Positions 38,356-48,148 of a stretch of 64,000 nucleotides of DNA are shown here, piece by piece. Under the pieces are notes generated by a model. That model saw only the letters and a program-made list of their open reading frames with translations, searched no databases and was not told the origin of the DNA. A program made the translations under genes and the position numbers. The first letter of the stretch is position 1. Each line of letters starts with the position of its first letter. Origin of the DNA: an uncultured delta proteobacterium (GTDB lineage Bacteria; Myxococcota_A; UBA9160; SZUA-336); assembly GCA_963704165.1 (NCBI GenBank), contig CAVPHD010000007.1, positions 151,150 to 215,149 on the forward strand, written 5' to 3'.

Positions 38356-39227
38356 GCCGTACTCCTCGTCGGGGTTCCGAGAGCGATCGCGCGCGCCTCG
38401 CCGGAGAGGCCCGCCAGATTGGCGGGGGAGCTTCGGTGCGGCGCGTCGTGTGCGCGCATGAAGTCGCTCCAGTGCGCGCGCCCGGCGCGGTCGTATTCGC
38501 GCATCGCCTCGATCAACGCGTGGTAGTGCGAGTCCGGTGCGATCTCGTCCGGCAGGCAGGGATCCAGCGCGATCGCCCGGATCGCGCGACCACCGACGAG
38601 AAACGTCTCGACCATGGCGGCGTTGCGCCGGAGCCGCGGTAGCCGGGCCGCGCTTCGCTCGATCTCGCCGAGCGCACCTCTGTGCGCGCGCGCGATCGCG
38701 CCTCCGTCCCAGAGCTGCCGCGCCCGGTTCTCGGTCCCTTCGTCGAGCGAGCTCACGGCGAGCACGCGCGCGGCGGGATCGAGCCCGAGCTCGTGAAGCT
38801 CGCGCCGGACCTGCTCGATTCCGCCACGCAGGTTGTCGGGTCGGATCATGAGACCGGGGTCGAGCTCCGCGAAGCCGAGGTACGCGAGCGCGCGTGCATC
38901 GCGCCGACGTTCGGCGCGGTCGCTTCGCGGCAGGCGATGGACGAAGACACCGACCCAGCTCCCGGTCCAACGCAGCGCGCGCGAGTCCGCGCTCGACCAG
39001 CCGCCGACCCGGCGTGACACCGGCTGTGCACCGGCCGCGAGACGATATCGGCCGGGTCGTTCGCGCTCGACGAGTCCCCGCGCGAGCAGGCGTGTGAGCG
39101 CGACGCGCACACCGTTCTCGGCCAGACCGAAGAGCGTGCCGGCCTCGACGAGCGCCCGCACCGGCATCGATCGCCCGCGCAGGCTCTGCAGGAGATCGAG
39201 AATCAGCGTCTTGGCGTTCGGTTTCAC
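38352..39227 (-). CDS. PaaX-family transcriptional regulator
   Basis: wHTH with VRVALTRL..RG, W.GSW, L..LGF, DP.LP.E. Confidence 0.85.
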   Translation of the reverse strand: MKPNAKTLILDLLQSLRGRSMPVRALVEAGTLFGLAENGVRVALTRLLARGLVERERPGRYRLAAGAQPVSRRVGGWSSADSRALRWTGSWVGVFVHRLPRSDRAERRRDARALAYLGFAELDPGLMIRPDNLRGGIEQVRRELHELGLDPAARVLAVSSLDEGTENRARQLWDGGAIARAHRGALGEIERSAARLPRLRRNAAMVETFLVGGRAIRAIALDPCLPDEIAPDSHYHALIEAMREYDRAGRAHWSDFMRAHDAPHRSSPANLAGLSGEARAIALGTPTRSTA

Positions 39228-39295
39228 CGTCGAGAGATTACGAAGGTAGCTGATTCAGGTCAACAGCTGTAATGGGCGAAGAAGGCCGTCGGGCG

Positions 39296-39868
39296 TCAGC
39301 CGAGCGCGCCGTCGGCGAGTCGTCGTTCGACCTTGCGCGCCATTCGCAGGAGGCTCTCGTCGTCGAGCACGTCTCCGGCGCCGGCGTTCGGGAACCAGCG
39401 CAGGTCGAGCGACTCGCCGGAGATGTGGAGAGACTCGTCGTGCGAGGCGACCAGCAGGTAGCGAAGGTCGTAATGCAGATGCGCGGGCTCGGTGCCGCGT
39501 TCCGGGATCAGGTGAACATCGACGTCGAGCGGAAGTCCGGGGGCATCGGGTGCCGCGATCCGAAGCCCGTCCATTCCCGATTCCTCCCTGGCTTCGCGCA
39601 GAGCCACCGCCTCGAGGTCCGTCTCGCCATCGGCGTGGCCGCCGAGCTGTAGCCAGCGACCGAGCTTTCTGTGGTGAGTCAGCAGGAAGCGCCCGTGGTC
39701 GTGCGACAGGATCCAGGCCGAGGCGGTCATGTGGCCATCGCGGCACGAGCGCTCGAAGCAGTCGGAGTTCGCGCGCACGAACTGCCGGACGTGATCGACG
39801 CCGACCCGCTCGTCGGGATGGCGGCGCAGATAGCGTTCGAGAAGATCGAGCAGGGGCTTGCGGTGCAA
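39296..39868 (-). CDS. NUDIX hydrolase
   Basis: GGHADGE......[11 protein letters not shown]udix box; GHMTAS. Confidence 0.92.
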   Translation of the reverse strand: MHRKPLLDLLERYLRRHPDERVGVDHVRQFVRANSDCFERSCRDGHMTASAWILSHDHGRFLLTHHRKLGRWLQLGGHADGETDLEAVALREAREESGMDGLRIAAPDAPGLPLDVDVHLIPERGTEPAHLHYDLRYLLVASHDESLHISGESLDLRWFPNAGAGDVLDDESLLRMARKVERRLADGALG

Positions 39869-39912
39869 GGACGACTCCGAGATGATGGCCGACCCCGAGT
39901 AGGAGACGAGAC

Positions 39913-40383
39913 ATGCGCGGCGACCCGGCAGTGATCGAGGCGTTGAACGGCATCCTGACCGCCGAACTCACCGCGATCAACCAGTACTTCATCCACTCGA
40001 AGATGTGCCGCAACTGGGGCTTCCTCCGGCTCGCCAAGCACAACCACCACGAATCGATCGAAGAGATGAAGCACGCCGATTCGGTCATCGAGCGGATCCT
40101 CTTTCTCGACGGCCTGCCGAACATGCAGCGCCTCGGAGCGATTCGCGTGGGTGAGACCGTGCCCGAGCAGTTCAAGGTCGATCTCGCTCTCGAGCTGGAC
40201 GCGGTCAAGCGCTACAACGCGGCGATCGCGCTCTGCGCGGAGAAGAGCGACGCGGGAACCCGCGAGATGCTCGAGGACCTGCTGAAAGACGAAGAGAGCT
40301 CGGTCGATTGGCACGAGACGCAGCTCGATCTGATCGAGAAGATCGGCGCGGAGCTCTATCTGGCGGAGCAGCTCGGGGAATAG
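39913..40383 (+). CDS. bfr: Bacterioferritin
   Basis: [29 protein letters not shown]. Confidence 0.95.
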   Translation: MRGDPAVIEALNGILTAELTAINQYFIHSKMCRNWGFLRLAKHNHHESIEEMKHADSVIERILFLDGLPNMQRLGAIRVGETVPEQFKVDLALELDAVKRYNAAIALCAEKSDAGTREMLEDLLKDEESSVDWHETQLDLIEKIGAELYLAEQLGE

Positions 40384-40407
40384 CTCCCGGTGCGGGCTCG
40401 GCTCGCT

Positions 40408-41727
40408 CTAGTCGAGCTTGTCGAGCGCGCGCGCGAGCGCGGAGACGAGTTCCTCCACCTCGTCCTCGCCGAGGACCAGGGGCGGCGCGAGGGCGATGCA
40501 ACCCGCAACGACGCGCGCGATGATGCCATCGGCCAGAAGCAGCGCGCCGATCCGCTTCGCATCCTCGGGATTCCTCGGCTCGAGCGCGGCGATCATGCCG
40601 ACGCCGCGCACGTCCCGGAGCTTCGCGTGCCCTGCGCAGCGCTCGCGCAATCGGCTCTGCAGAAGGGTTCCGACTCGATCTGCGCGCGGGATGAGCTTCT
40701 CGCGTTCCAGGATCTCGAGGTTCGCGAGCGCGGCGGACGCGGCCACCGGGTGTCCCGAGTAAGTGTAGCCGTGCGCGAACGGACCGACTTCGCGCGACGA
40801 GGCGCGCAGCACCGCGTGGAGCTTCTCCGAGATCAGGCACGCCGACATCGGTACGTATCCGCTGGTGAGTCCTTTCGCGATCGTCACGAGGTCCGGCGCG
40901 ATCGCGTAGCGCTCCGAACCGAACCAGCGTCCGAGCCGGCCGAAGCCACAGATCACCTCGTCGGCGACGAGCAGCACGTCGTGGCGATGCAGGACGGGCT
41001 GGATCTTCTCGAAGTAGCGCTCGGGCGGCACGAGCACGCCACCCGCGCCCATGATCGGCTCGGCGAAGAACGCCGCGACGGTCTCCGGTCCTTCGCGCAG
41101 GATCGCTTCTTCGAGCTCGCGTGCGAGCCGCTCGGCGCAGGCGTCCTCGCTTTCTTCCGGCTCCGCACCCGCGGGCCAGTGCGCGGGCGAGACATGGACG
41201 AAGAGCGTCGAGAGCGGGAGGTCGAAGCGCGCGTGCACGTAGGGCAGGCCCGTCAGCGAGGAGGCGCCGAGCGTGGTTCCGTGGTAGCCGCGCGTGCGCG
41301 CGATCAGCTTCTTCTTGCCCGGGCGGCCGAGCAGGTTGTTGTAGTGCCAGATCAGTTTGATCTGCGAGTCGTTCGCCTCGGATCCGGAGCTCGCGAAGAA
41401 AATCTGAGCGTTCTGCATCGGCGCGAGCTCGCGAAGTTTCGCGGCGAGTCGGATCGCCGGTTCGTTCGCTGCACCCGCGAACCCGTGGTAGTAGGGCAGG
41501 CGGCGCGCTTGCTTCGCGATGGCATCCGCGATCTCGTCACGCCCGTAGCCGACGTTGACGCACCAGAGCCCCGCCATCGCGTCGAGATACCAGCGGCCCT
41601 GCGCGTCCCGCACGCGCGCGCCACGCCCCTCGACCAGAACCAGGCCAGGTGTGGACTCGTGCTCCGCGATCGAGGTGAACGGGTGAAGCCAGGCGCGATC
41701 GAGCTCGGCGAGGGATGCGGCCGTCAT
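40408..41727 (-). CDS. Class III PLP aminotransferase (omega-amino acid type)
   Basis: SGSEAND, YHG, EPIMGAGG, DEVICGFGRLG, AKGLTSGY. Confidence 0.93.
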   Translation of the reverse strand: MTAASLAELDRAWLHPFTSIAEHESTPGLVLVEGRGARVRDAQGRWYLDAMAGLWCVNVGYGRDEIADAIAKQARRLPYYHGFAGAANEPAIRLAAKLRELAPMQNAQIFFASSGSEANDSQIKLIWHYNNLLGRPGKKKLIARTRGYHGTTLGASSLTGLPYVHARFDLPLSTLFVHVSPAHWPAGAEPEESEDACAERLARELEEAILREGPETVAAFFAEPIMGAGGVLVPPERYFEKIQPVLHRHDVLLVADEVICGFGRLGRWFGSERYAIAPDLVTIAKGLTSGYVPMSACLISEKLHAVLRASSREVGPFAHGYTYSGHPVAASAALANLEILEREKLIPRADRVGTLLQSRLRERCAGHAKLRDVRGVGMIAALEPRNPEDAKRIGALLLADGIIARVVAGCIALAPPLVLGEDEVEELVSALARALDKLD

Positions 41728-41765
41728 GGCGCTGCTATCATGGCACGAGCCGAACCGGAGAACCG

Positions 41766-43001
41766 ATGAAACCCGTCGATCCAGAGCTCTGCGTCCGACT
41801 CGCTCGCGAGTACGGGACGCCGTACTACCTGTACGACGCGGGCGTGATCCGTCAGCGGATCGCGGAGCTACGCGGCTTCGACGTGATCCGATACGCGCAG
41901 AAGGCGTGCTCCAACATCCATCTGCTCCGGCTCATGCGCGCCGAAGGCGTGCTCGTCGATGCAGTGTCGAACGGCGAGATCGAGCGTGCCCTGCGCGCCG
42001 GCTACGGCGGCGGATCGGAGCCCGCGGGAGTCGTCTACACGGCGGACGTGATCGACGACGCGACACTCGATCGTGTGATCGAGCTCGACATCCCGGTGAA
42101 TGCCGGCTCGACGGACATGCTCGAGCAGGTCGGGCGGCGCAAGCCGGGGCATCGCGTCTGGCTGCGCGTGAATCCGGGTTTCGGCCACGGGCACAGCCGC
42201 AAGACGAACACCGGCGGACCGTGGAGCAAGCACGGCATCTGGCACGAGTTCCTCGACGAGGCCCTGCGCGTGGTCGAGAAGCACCGGCTCGATCTCGTCG
42301 GCCTGCACATGCACATCGGCTCAGGTGCGGACTTCGAGCACCTCGGGCGCGTCTGCGACGCCATGGTCGCGCAGGTGCGCGCGCTGCAGCTCGACGTGCG
42401 CGCGCTCTCGGGGGGTGGGGGATTGCCGATCCCCTACAAGGCGGAGACCGCGCGGATCGACACGGCCGCGTTGCATCGGCTCTGGGACGCGGCGCGCAGG
42501 AAGGTCGAGGCCAGCGTCGGTCACCGCGTATCGCTCGAGATCGAGCCGGGACGTTTCCTCGTGGCCGAGTCCGGAGTGCTCGTCGCGCAGATTCGCGCGA
42601 GCAAGCGGGTTGGCGCGACGAGATTCCTGATCGTCGATGCCGGCTTCGACAATCTGATTCGCCCGGCCATGTACGGCAGCTACCACGAGATCTCGATCGT
42701 GCGGGCCGATGGAACGCGCGCGAGCGGCGCGGGCGAGCCGACGGTCGTCGGCGGCCCGCTCTGCGAGTCGGGCGACGTCTTCACGCAGGAGGAGGGCGGC
42801 GTCGTCGTGCCGCGCGATCTCCCGATGGCTTCGGTCGGCGATTTCGTCGTGCTGCACGATGCGGGCGCCTACGCCGCATCGCAGGCGAGCAACTACAACA
42901 CCCGACCACTCGCGCCCGAGATCCTGCTCGAGGACGGCTACGTGCGACCGATCCGTCGCCGGCAGACCGTCGACGAGCTTCTCGAGCTCGAAGAAGTCTG
43001 A
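41766..43001 (+). CDS. lysA: Diaminopimelate decarboxylase
   Basis: YAQKAC, HMHIGSG, EPGR, GPLCESGD, GAY. Confidence 0.95.
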   Translation: MKPVDPELCVRLAREYGTPYYLYDAGVIRQRIAELRGFDVIRYAQKACSNIHLLRLMRAEGVLVDAVSNGEIERALRAGYGGGSEPAGVVYTADVIDDATLDRVIELDIPVNAGSTDMLEQVGRRKPGHRVWLRVNPGFGHGHSRKTNTGGPWSKHGIWHEFLDEALRVVEKHRLDLVGLHMHIGSGADFEHLGRVCDAMVAQVRALQLDVRALSGGGGLPIPYKAETARIDTAALHRLWDAARRKVEASVGHRVSLEIEPGRFLVAESGVLVAQIRASKRVGATRFLIVDAGFDNLIRPAMYGSYHEISIVRADGTRASGAGEPTVVGGPLCESGDVFTQEEGGVVVPRDLPMASVGDFVVLHDAGAYAASQASNYNTRPLAPEILLEDGYVRPIRRRQTVDELLELEEV

Positions 43002-43019
43002 GAGCAGCGTCCCGCGCCG

Positions 43020-43544
43020 CTACTTCTTCGCGCGGGCCGCGCGTCGCTTCGAAAGCTCCGATTCGATCGCTTCGTGCGCGTAGCGCGCGCGATCGGCGAT
43101 CAGGTGCCGCTCGAGGCGCTCCCGGAGTTCCGGATCACCGAGCGCGAGGATTCGCGCGGCGAGCAGCGCCGCATTTCGTGCGCCGTTCACGGCCACCGCG
43201 GCGACGGGCGTGCCGGGAGGCATCTGCATGGTGGAGAGGGCCGCATCGAAGCCCTGCAGCGGACCGCTCGCGCACGGCACGCCGATGACGGGTAGAAGGG
43301 TGTGCGCGGCCGACACGCCGGCCAGCGCCGCGGACATTCCCGCAAACGCGACGACGACGCGGATCCCTTCCTTCTCGGCGTTCTTGATCGTCTCGGCCGT
43401 CTCGTCGGGGGTGCGGTGCGCGGAGAGCACGCGCGCGGTCGACGCGACCTCGAGGTCGCGGAGCGCGTCTTCGCATTCCAGGACCAGATCGAGGTCGTTC
43501 GGGCTGCCGCAGATCAAGAGAACTGATGGAGGGGGAGTCTTCAT
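43020..43544 (-). CDS. purE: N5-CAIR mutase
   Basis: SAHRTP, LPVIGVP, QMPPGTPVA. Confidence 0.93.
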   Translation of the reverse strand: MKTPPPSVLLICGSPNDLDLVLECEDALRDLEVASTARVLSAHRTPDETAETIKNAEKEGIRVVVAFAGMSAALAGVSAAHTLLPVIGVPCASGPLQGFDAALSTMQMPPGTPVAAVAVNGARNAALLAARILALGDPELRERLERHLIADRARYAHEAIESELSKRRAARAKK

Positions 43545-43584
43545 CCCGCCATCTAATCGCGATTCTCATTGACTCCGCAACTGC

Positions 43585-43621
43585 GCTGACGGTAGTGTCA
43601 CCCGCTGACATGAACGTCAGC
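43585..43621. promoter_or_regulatory. Tandem operators GCTGAC-N6-GTCA
   Basis: GCTGAC-ggtagt-GTCAC (43585-43601) and GCTGAC-atgaac-GTCAGC (43604-43621) at the TetR start. Confidence 0.65.
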
Positions 43622-44224
43622 GTACATCGAGACGGGTCGGGAGCCCGTGCCCCCGGGCGTGCGCGCGCGCTGACGCGCGGGCGACTGCGCTCGAGCGCCC
43701 GACGGCTCTTCGCGGAGCGCGGGCTCCACGCCGTCACCACCCACGACATCGCCGAAGCTGCGGGCGTCGCTGCCGGGACGTTCTACCTGCACTTCCGCGA
43801 CAAGCACGAGCTCTTCCGCGAGCTCGTCTTCGAGGCGCTCGCGGAGCTCGAGCAACGCCTCGAGGCAGCGGTCGGCCCGCTCCTGGCCGAGCCCGATCCG
43901 GAGCCCGCCGCTCGGGCGCGAGCGGAAGTGCTGCTCGGCTTCGCCGATGACCACGGCGAGGTCGTGCGCATGGCGTTCGGACGCGGCTCCGAAGCCGCGA
44001 GCGTGGGTGCGGATGCGCTCGACTACCTCGTCGCGAGGATCGAGGCGGATTTCTCGACGAACAATCCGGGCGGCGCCGTACCTCGACACCCCGCGGTGAC
44101 GGCACAAGCGCTCGTCGGCATGTGGGCGCGCGTCGTCACCTGGTGGGCGGAGTCCCCGGGACGCGCGCCGCGCGATGCCGTTCTGAGAACCATGATCGAC
44201 CTGCAGCTCTCCGGAGTCAGGTGA
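43610..44224 (+). CDS. TetR/AcrR regulator (start uncertain)
   Basis: LFAERG....TTHDIAEAAGVAAGTFYLHFRDK. Confidence 0.92.
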   Translation: MNVSVHRDGSGARAPGRARALTRGRLRSSARRLFAERGLHAVTTHDIAEAAGVAAGTFYLHFRDKHELFRELVFEALAELEQRLEAAVGPLLAEPDPEPAARARAEVLLGFADDHGEVVRMAFGRGSEAASVGADALDYLVARIEADFSTNNPGGAVPRHPAVTAQALVGMWARVVTWWAESPGRAPRDAVLRTMIDLQLSGVR

Positions 44225-44234
44225 GGAGACGACG

Positions 44235-45356
44235 ATGTCCAATCAGATCACGTACGACGCCGCCTACAACACCGTCGATCGCGACGATTTCAAGTCGCTG
44301 ATCGAGGTCGACCGCTACGGCGATCGCACGACCGCGTTCGACGCGATCATCAGCGCGACCGAAGACCACTTCTGGGATCCCAACGATCCGGCCTACATCG
44401 ATTTCAGCGAGAAGTTCGACCTGCGCGAGCGGCTGCTCATGCCGCGCGAGTTCGCCGTCGAGCTGAATTGCGCGGTTGCGGACAAGCTCACACCCCAGCA
44501 GCAGATCGAGCTCGCGAACGAGAGCACGCGATTTCAGATCTCCTCGATCCTGCACGGCGAGCAGGGCGCGCTGTCGCTCTCCGCGAGCCTGTGTCAGATC
44601 ATGCGCGACCCCGGGGCGCAGGAGTACGCCTCGAACCAGGCCCGCGAAGAGGCGCGCCACGTGACCGCGTTCTCGCACTACGTGAAGGCCCGCTGGGGTA
44701 CACCGCTCGCGGTCGGGCCCACGCTTGGAAACCTGCTCGAAGAGCTCGTTCTCGCGCCCGAGGTCTACAAGAAGCTGGTCGGCATGCAGATGCTGGTCGA
44801 GGGCCTCGCGATGGGCGCCTTCGCGACCTTCCACTCGCTGACCGAGGATCCGCTGCTGCGCCGGACCGTGCAGTTCGTGATGACCGACGAGGCCTTCCAC
44901 CACAAGTTCGGAAAGATCTGGGCGGATCTCACCGTTCCGAAGCTGTCGCGAGGAGGAGCACGAGCGAGTCGAGCTCTGGGCCGCGAAGTGCTTCCAGACG
45001 CTGCTCTTCAACCTGGTGAACTCCGAGCAGAAGCAGGAGATCTACGGCGCGCTTCGGACTCGACTGGCAGTGGGTGCGCAGCGCGGTGCTCGAGGCCTTC
45101 ACCGACGCCGACCGGCGCTCCGCCATGACCGAAGGGCACGAACATCTTCCGCGTCCTGATCAAGACGCTCCTGAAGGCCGGCATCATCACCGAGCGGACC
45201 CGTTCGGTCTACGCGGCCTGGGTGGACATGGACGAGCTCTCGCGCGAGCGCGACGAGGTCGCCGGACAGGACGTCGCGGACGCCGCGATGGTCGAGTTGC
45301 GCGAGATCAATCGCGGCCGAAAGAAGATCGGCCGCGCGCAGCGCTCGTCGACCTAG
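44235..45356 (+). CDS. Ferritin-like diiron protein (AurF / diiron oxygenase-like); frameshifts at about 44950-45140
   Basis: HGEQGA, EEARH, VEGLA, DEAFH diiron motifs. Confidence 0.85.
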
Positions 45357-45365
45357 CCCGACGGG

Positions 45366-45623
45366 CTATTTCTTGGCGGCTTCTTCCGGCCGCGGGGCTC
45401 CGCCGGGGGGCTCGCGGTAGGTGATGAAGCCGTGGCTGGGGTCGTACGGAGAGATCCCGCACTGCACCCGGTCGCCCTGAATCACCCGGATGTGGAACCG
45501 GCGCATCCGGCCTGAAAGCTGGGCGGTGATGACGGATCCGTTCTCGAGCTTCACGGCATATCGGCCGCCGCCGAGAATCTTCTCGATCGCGCCGCTCACG
45601 GTGATCAGGTCCTTTTTCGACAT
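45366..45623 (-). CDS. infA: Translation initiation factor IF-1
   Basis: VKLENG...SGRMR..HIRVIQGDRV...SPYD...ITYR. Confidence 0.93.
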   Translation of the reverse strand: MSKKDLITVSGAIEKILGGGRYAVKLENGSVITAQLSGRMRRFHIRVIQGDRVQCGISPYDPSHGFITYREPPGGAPRPEEAAKK

Positions 45624-45666
45624 TCGCCTGCTTCGATTCCTTCTCGGGTTTTCTGGGCCGGCGGCA

Positions 45667-46611
45667 TTATAGCGGGGGAGTCTCGACCTGCAGCAGCCGA
45701 GGGGCGGACTCGGTCTGGATCGTCGTGTGGGCGATCGCGTAGCGCTGATGCAGCAACTGGTGGACCGAGCGCCGGACGGCCTCGGCATCGGCTCCCGCCT
45801 GCAGGTCCACGTGGGCGCTCATGGCCGTGAATCCGGATCCGACGGTCCAGATGTGCAGGTCATGGATGCGAGCGACGCCCGCCAGACTCGTGACTTCGCG
45901 CGCGATCGAGTCGAGGTCGAGGTGGCGTGGCGTGCCCTCGAGCAGGATTTCGACCGACTCCCGCACGAGCCGGATCGCTCCCGCCACCAGAAGGGCCGCG
46001 ATGACCAGGCCGGCGATCGCGTCGGCGCGCGTGAAGTCGAAGAGCCAGATCGCCGCGCCGGCGGAAAGCGCCGCGATCGATCCGAGCGCGTCGCCGGCGA
46101 CGTGGAACAGGGCGGCTCGGACGTTCAGATTCTCGTGCGCATGGCGCAGCAGGAACGAACCGGAGGCCACGTTGGCGCCCAACCCGATGGCGGCGATCGC
46201 CATCATCGGGCCGGCATCGACGGCGCTCGGCTCGCCCAGACGCGAGAACGACTCGATCGCGATTCCGACCGAGACCCCTCCGAGCAAGAGGCCGTTGAGG
46301 AGCGCCGCGAGGATCTCCGCGCGGCCGTAGCCGAAGCTGTGACGCGGCCGGCGAGGTTGGGTCGCGGCCCACGCGGCGAGCATCGCGATTCCGAGGGCGC
46401 CCGCATCCGTCAGCATGTGTCCCGCGTCCGCGAGGAGCGCGACCGAGCCAGTGAGCAGCCCTCCGACGAGCTCGAGGACGAGCACGCTCGCGGTGATCGA
46501 GAAGGCCACGAACAGAGGGCGCGACGGTGTCTCGGCGTGCACGTGCCCGTGGTGAGGATCGCTCTCCGAAGGGCGGTCCTTGCGACGGAGTTCGTTGGTT
46601 TGCGACATCAA
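45667..46611 (-). CDS. Cation diffusion facilitator (ZitB/CzcD-like)
   Basis: LLADAGHMLTD, HVAGDALGS, HDLHIW, HTTIQ; His-rich N-terminus. Confidence 0.93.
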   Translation of the reverse strand: MMSQTNELRRKDRPSESDPHHGHVHAETPSRPLFVAFSITASVLVLELVGGLLTGSVALLADAGHMLTDAGALGIAMLAAWAATQPRRPRHSFGYGRAEILAALLNGLLLGGVSVGIAIESFSRLGEPSAVDAGPMMAIAAIGLGANVASGSFLLRHAHENLNVRAALFHVAGDALGSIAALSAGAAIWLFDFTRADAIAGLVIAALLVAGAIRLVRESVEILLEGTPRHLDLDSIAREVTSLAGVARIHDLHIWTVGSGFTAMSAHVDLQAGADAEAVRRSVHQLLHQRYAIAHTTIQTESAPRLLQVETPPL

Positions 46612-46667
46612 AACCCCGTTCGCGAGCTTGCCGCAGGGTAGAATCGCCGGCCAGGAGGCTCGAGCCG

Positions 46668-47384
46668 ATGGAAAGACTCTGGATGGCGCCGAGCTACATG
46701 GTCCTGACGCTGATCGCGGTCGGGACCGTCGGGGCGTTCACGGGCGGGCTCACGCCGGTCCTCGGGTTCTCTCTCGTGTTCCTGGGCATCCTGACGTCGG
46801 TGGTCTTCGGCATTGCGCTCGCGGCTGCGGCCGCGTTCGCGAGCGCAACCGGCAAGTCGTGGAGGCCGCGTGCTCTCCGCTCCGCGATCATCCCGCTCGT
46901 GATCGCGCTTCCGGCATTTGCGGTGGTGAATCTGTCCGACACGCCGACGATGAACGACGTCTCCACCGATCTGATCGACAGGCTCGAATTCGCGCCCGAA
47001 GTCACCGCGCAGCGCTCGAGTCCGGAGCCCGGTGAAGAACAACGCGCGCACTTCGACGAATTGCAGCGTCAGGCGTATCCGGACGTCGCGCCGATTCTGC
47101 TCGCCGTGCCACCCGATCAGGCGTTCGCGCGGGCGAAGCAGGCGGCGGAGTCGCTTCCCGGCTGGCAGGTCACGAGCGCCGATGCCATGACCGGGCGAAT
47201 CGAAGCGACCGACACGTCGCGGGTCTTTCACTTCGTGGACGACGTCGTCATCCGCGTCCGGCACGAGGACGGCGGCTCGCGCATCGACATTCGTTCGCGC
47301 TCGCGCGACGGGCTCGGCGACATGGGCGTGAACGCCGCGCGCATCGGAGCTTTCACGGCGGCCGTCGAAGCGCAGGGGGACTGA
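46668..47384 (+). CDS. DUF1499 membrane protein
   Basis: NDVSTD, FVDDVVIRV, RSRSRDG.GDMGVNAARI. Confidence 0.85.
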   Translation: MERLWMAPSYMVLTLIAVGTVGAFTGGLTPVLGFSLVFLGILTSVVFGIALAAAAAFASATGKSWRPRALRSAIIPLVIALPAFAVVNLSDTPTMNDVSTDLIDRLEFAPEVTAQRSSPEPGEEQRAHFDELQRQAYPDVAPILLAVPPDQAFARAKQAAESLPGWQVTSADAMTGRIEATDTSRVFHFVDDVVIRVRHEDGGSRIDIRSRSRDGLGDMGVNAARIGAFTAAVEAQGD

Positions 47385-47389
47385 GCTCC

Positions 47390-48130
47390 TCAGGAGCCCT
47401 TCTTCTTGCGCTGCTCCTCGATCATCGCGCCCATGCCCTCGACGGTGCGGACCCGGACCTTCTTTCCGCCGACGTAGAGGGTGGGGGTCCCGCGCACGTC
47501 GACGCTCTGTCCGAGAGCGAGCTCCGCATCGATGCGCTTGTCGTATTCGGTCTTCTTCGTCTCGAGGTCCTTCTTGAACCGCGCGACGTCGAGTCCCGCC
47601 TGCTTCGCGTAGTCGTCGAGCTTCGATGCATCGAGAGTCGTCTGATTGGCGAAGAGCACCGCGTGCATTTCCCAGAACCTCCCCTGCTCCTGCGCCGCGA
47701 TCGACGCCTGAGCAGCGGGCCGCGCGGCGGCGTGGAACGAGAGCGGGAAGTGCTTGAAGACGTAGTTCACGTCGTCGGGGTACTTCGCGAGCACGCCCTC
47801 GACGATCGGATTCGAGCGCGCGCAGAACGGACACTGGAAGTCCGAGAATTCGACGATCGTCACCGGCGCGTTCGGGTTGCCGCGCACCGGTGATCCGGCG
47901 ACCGCGATCGTGTAGGACTTCTCGAAGTCCTCTTCCGCGCGCGCCGGCCGTGAGGGCGCGGCGGCTTGCAGCTTCTTCTGGCCGTCTTCGATCGCGGTGA
48001 GACGCTCGAGGATCTCGTCCTGCTTTGCCTTGATCTCCGCGAGATCCTTCGCCTGTTGGGGATTACAGCCCGCGAGTCCGAGGCACACAGCCAGAAGCGC
48101 GATCCATTTCAACACTCGTCTCCTCAGCAA
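47390..48130 (-). CDS. DsbA-family thioredoxin-fold lipoprotein
   Basis: Lipobox LAGC; EFSDFQCPFC; HFPL; GTPT. Confidence 0.9.
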   Translation of the reverse strand: MLRRRVLKWIALLAVCLGLAGCNPQQAKDLAEIKAKQDEILERLTAIEDGQKKLQAAAPSRPARAEEDFEKSYTIAVAGSPVRGNPNAPVTIVEFSDFQCPFCARSNPIVEGVLAKYPDDVNYVFKHFPLSFHAAARPAAQASIAAQEQGRFWEMHAVLFANQTTLDASKLDDYAKQAGLDVARFKKDLETKKTEYDKRIDAELALGQSVDVRGTPTLYVGGKKVRVRTVEGMGAMIEEQRKKKGS

Positions 48131-48148
48131 GTCGCGGGGCAGGGTAAC

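Noticed and set aside
39238..39273. Interrupted inverted repeat ATTAC..AGCTG / CAGCT-GTAAT upstream of paaX
   Set aside because: Asymmetric and short; could be an operator but cannot be supported from the sequence alone
43545..43572. Fur-box-like AATGAGAATCGCGATTAG upstream of purE
   Set aside because: Only a partial match, it overlaps the probable purE RBS/promoter region, and there is no clear iron-related target
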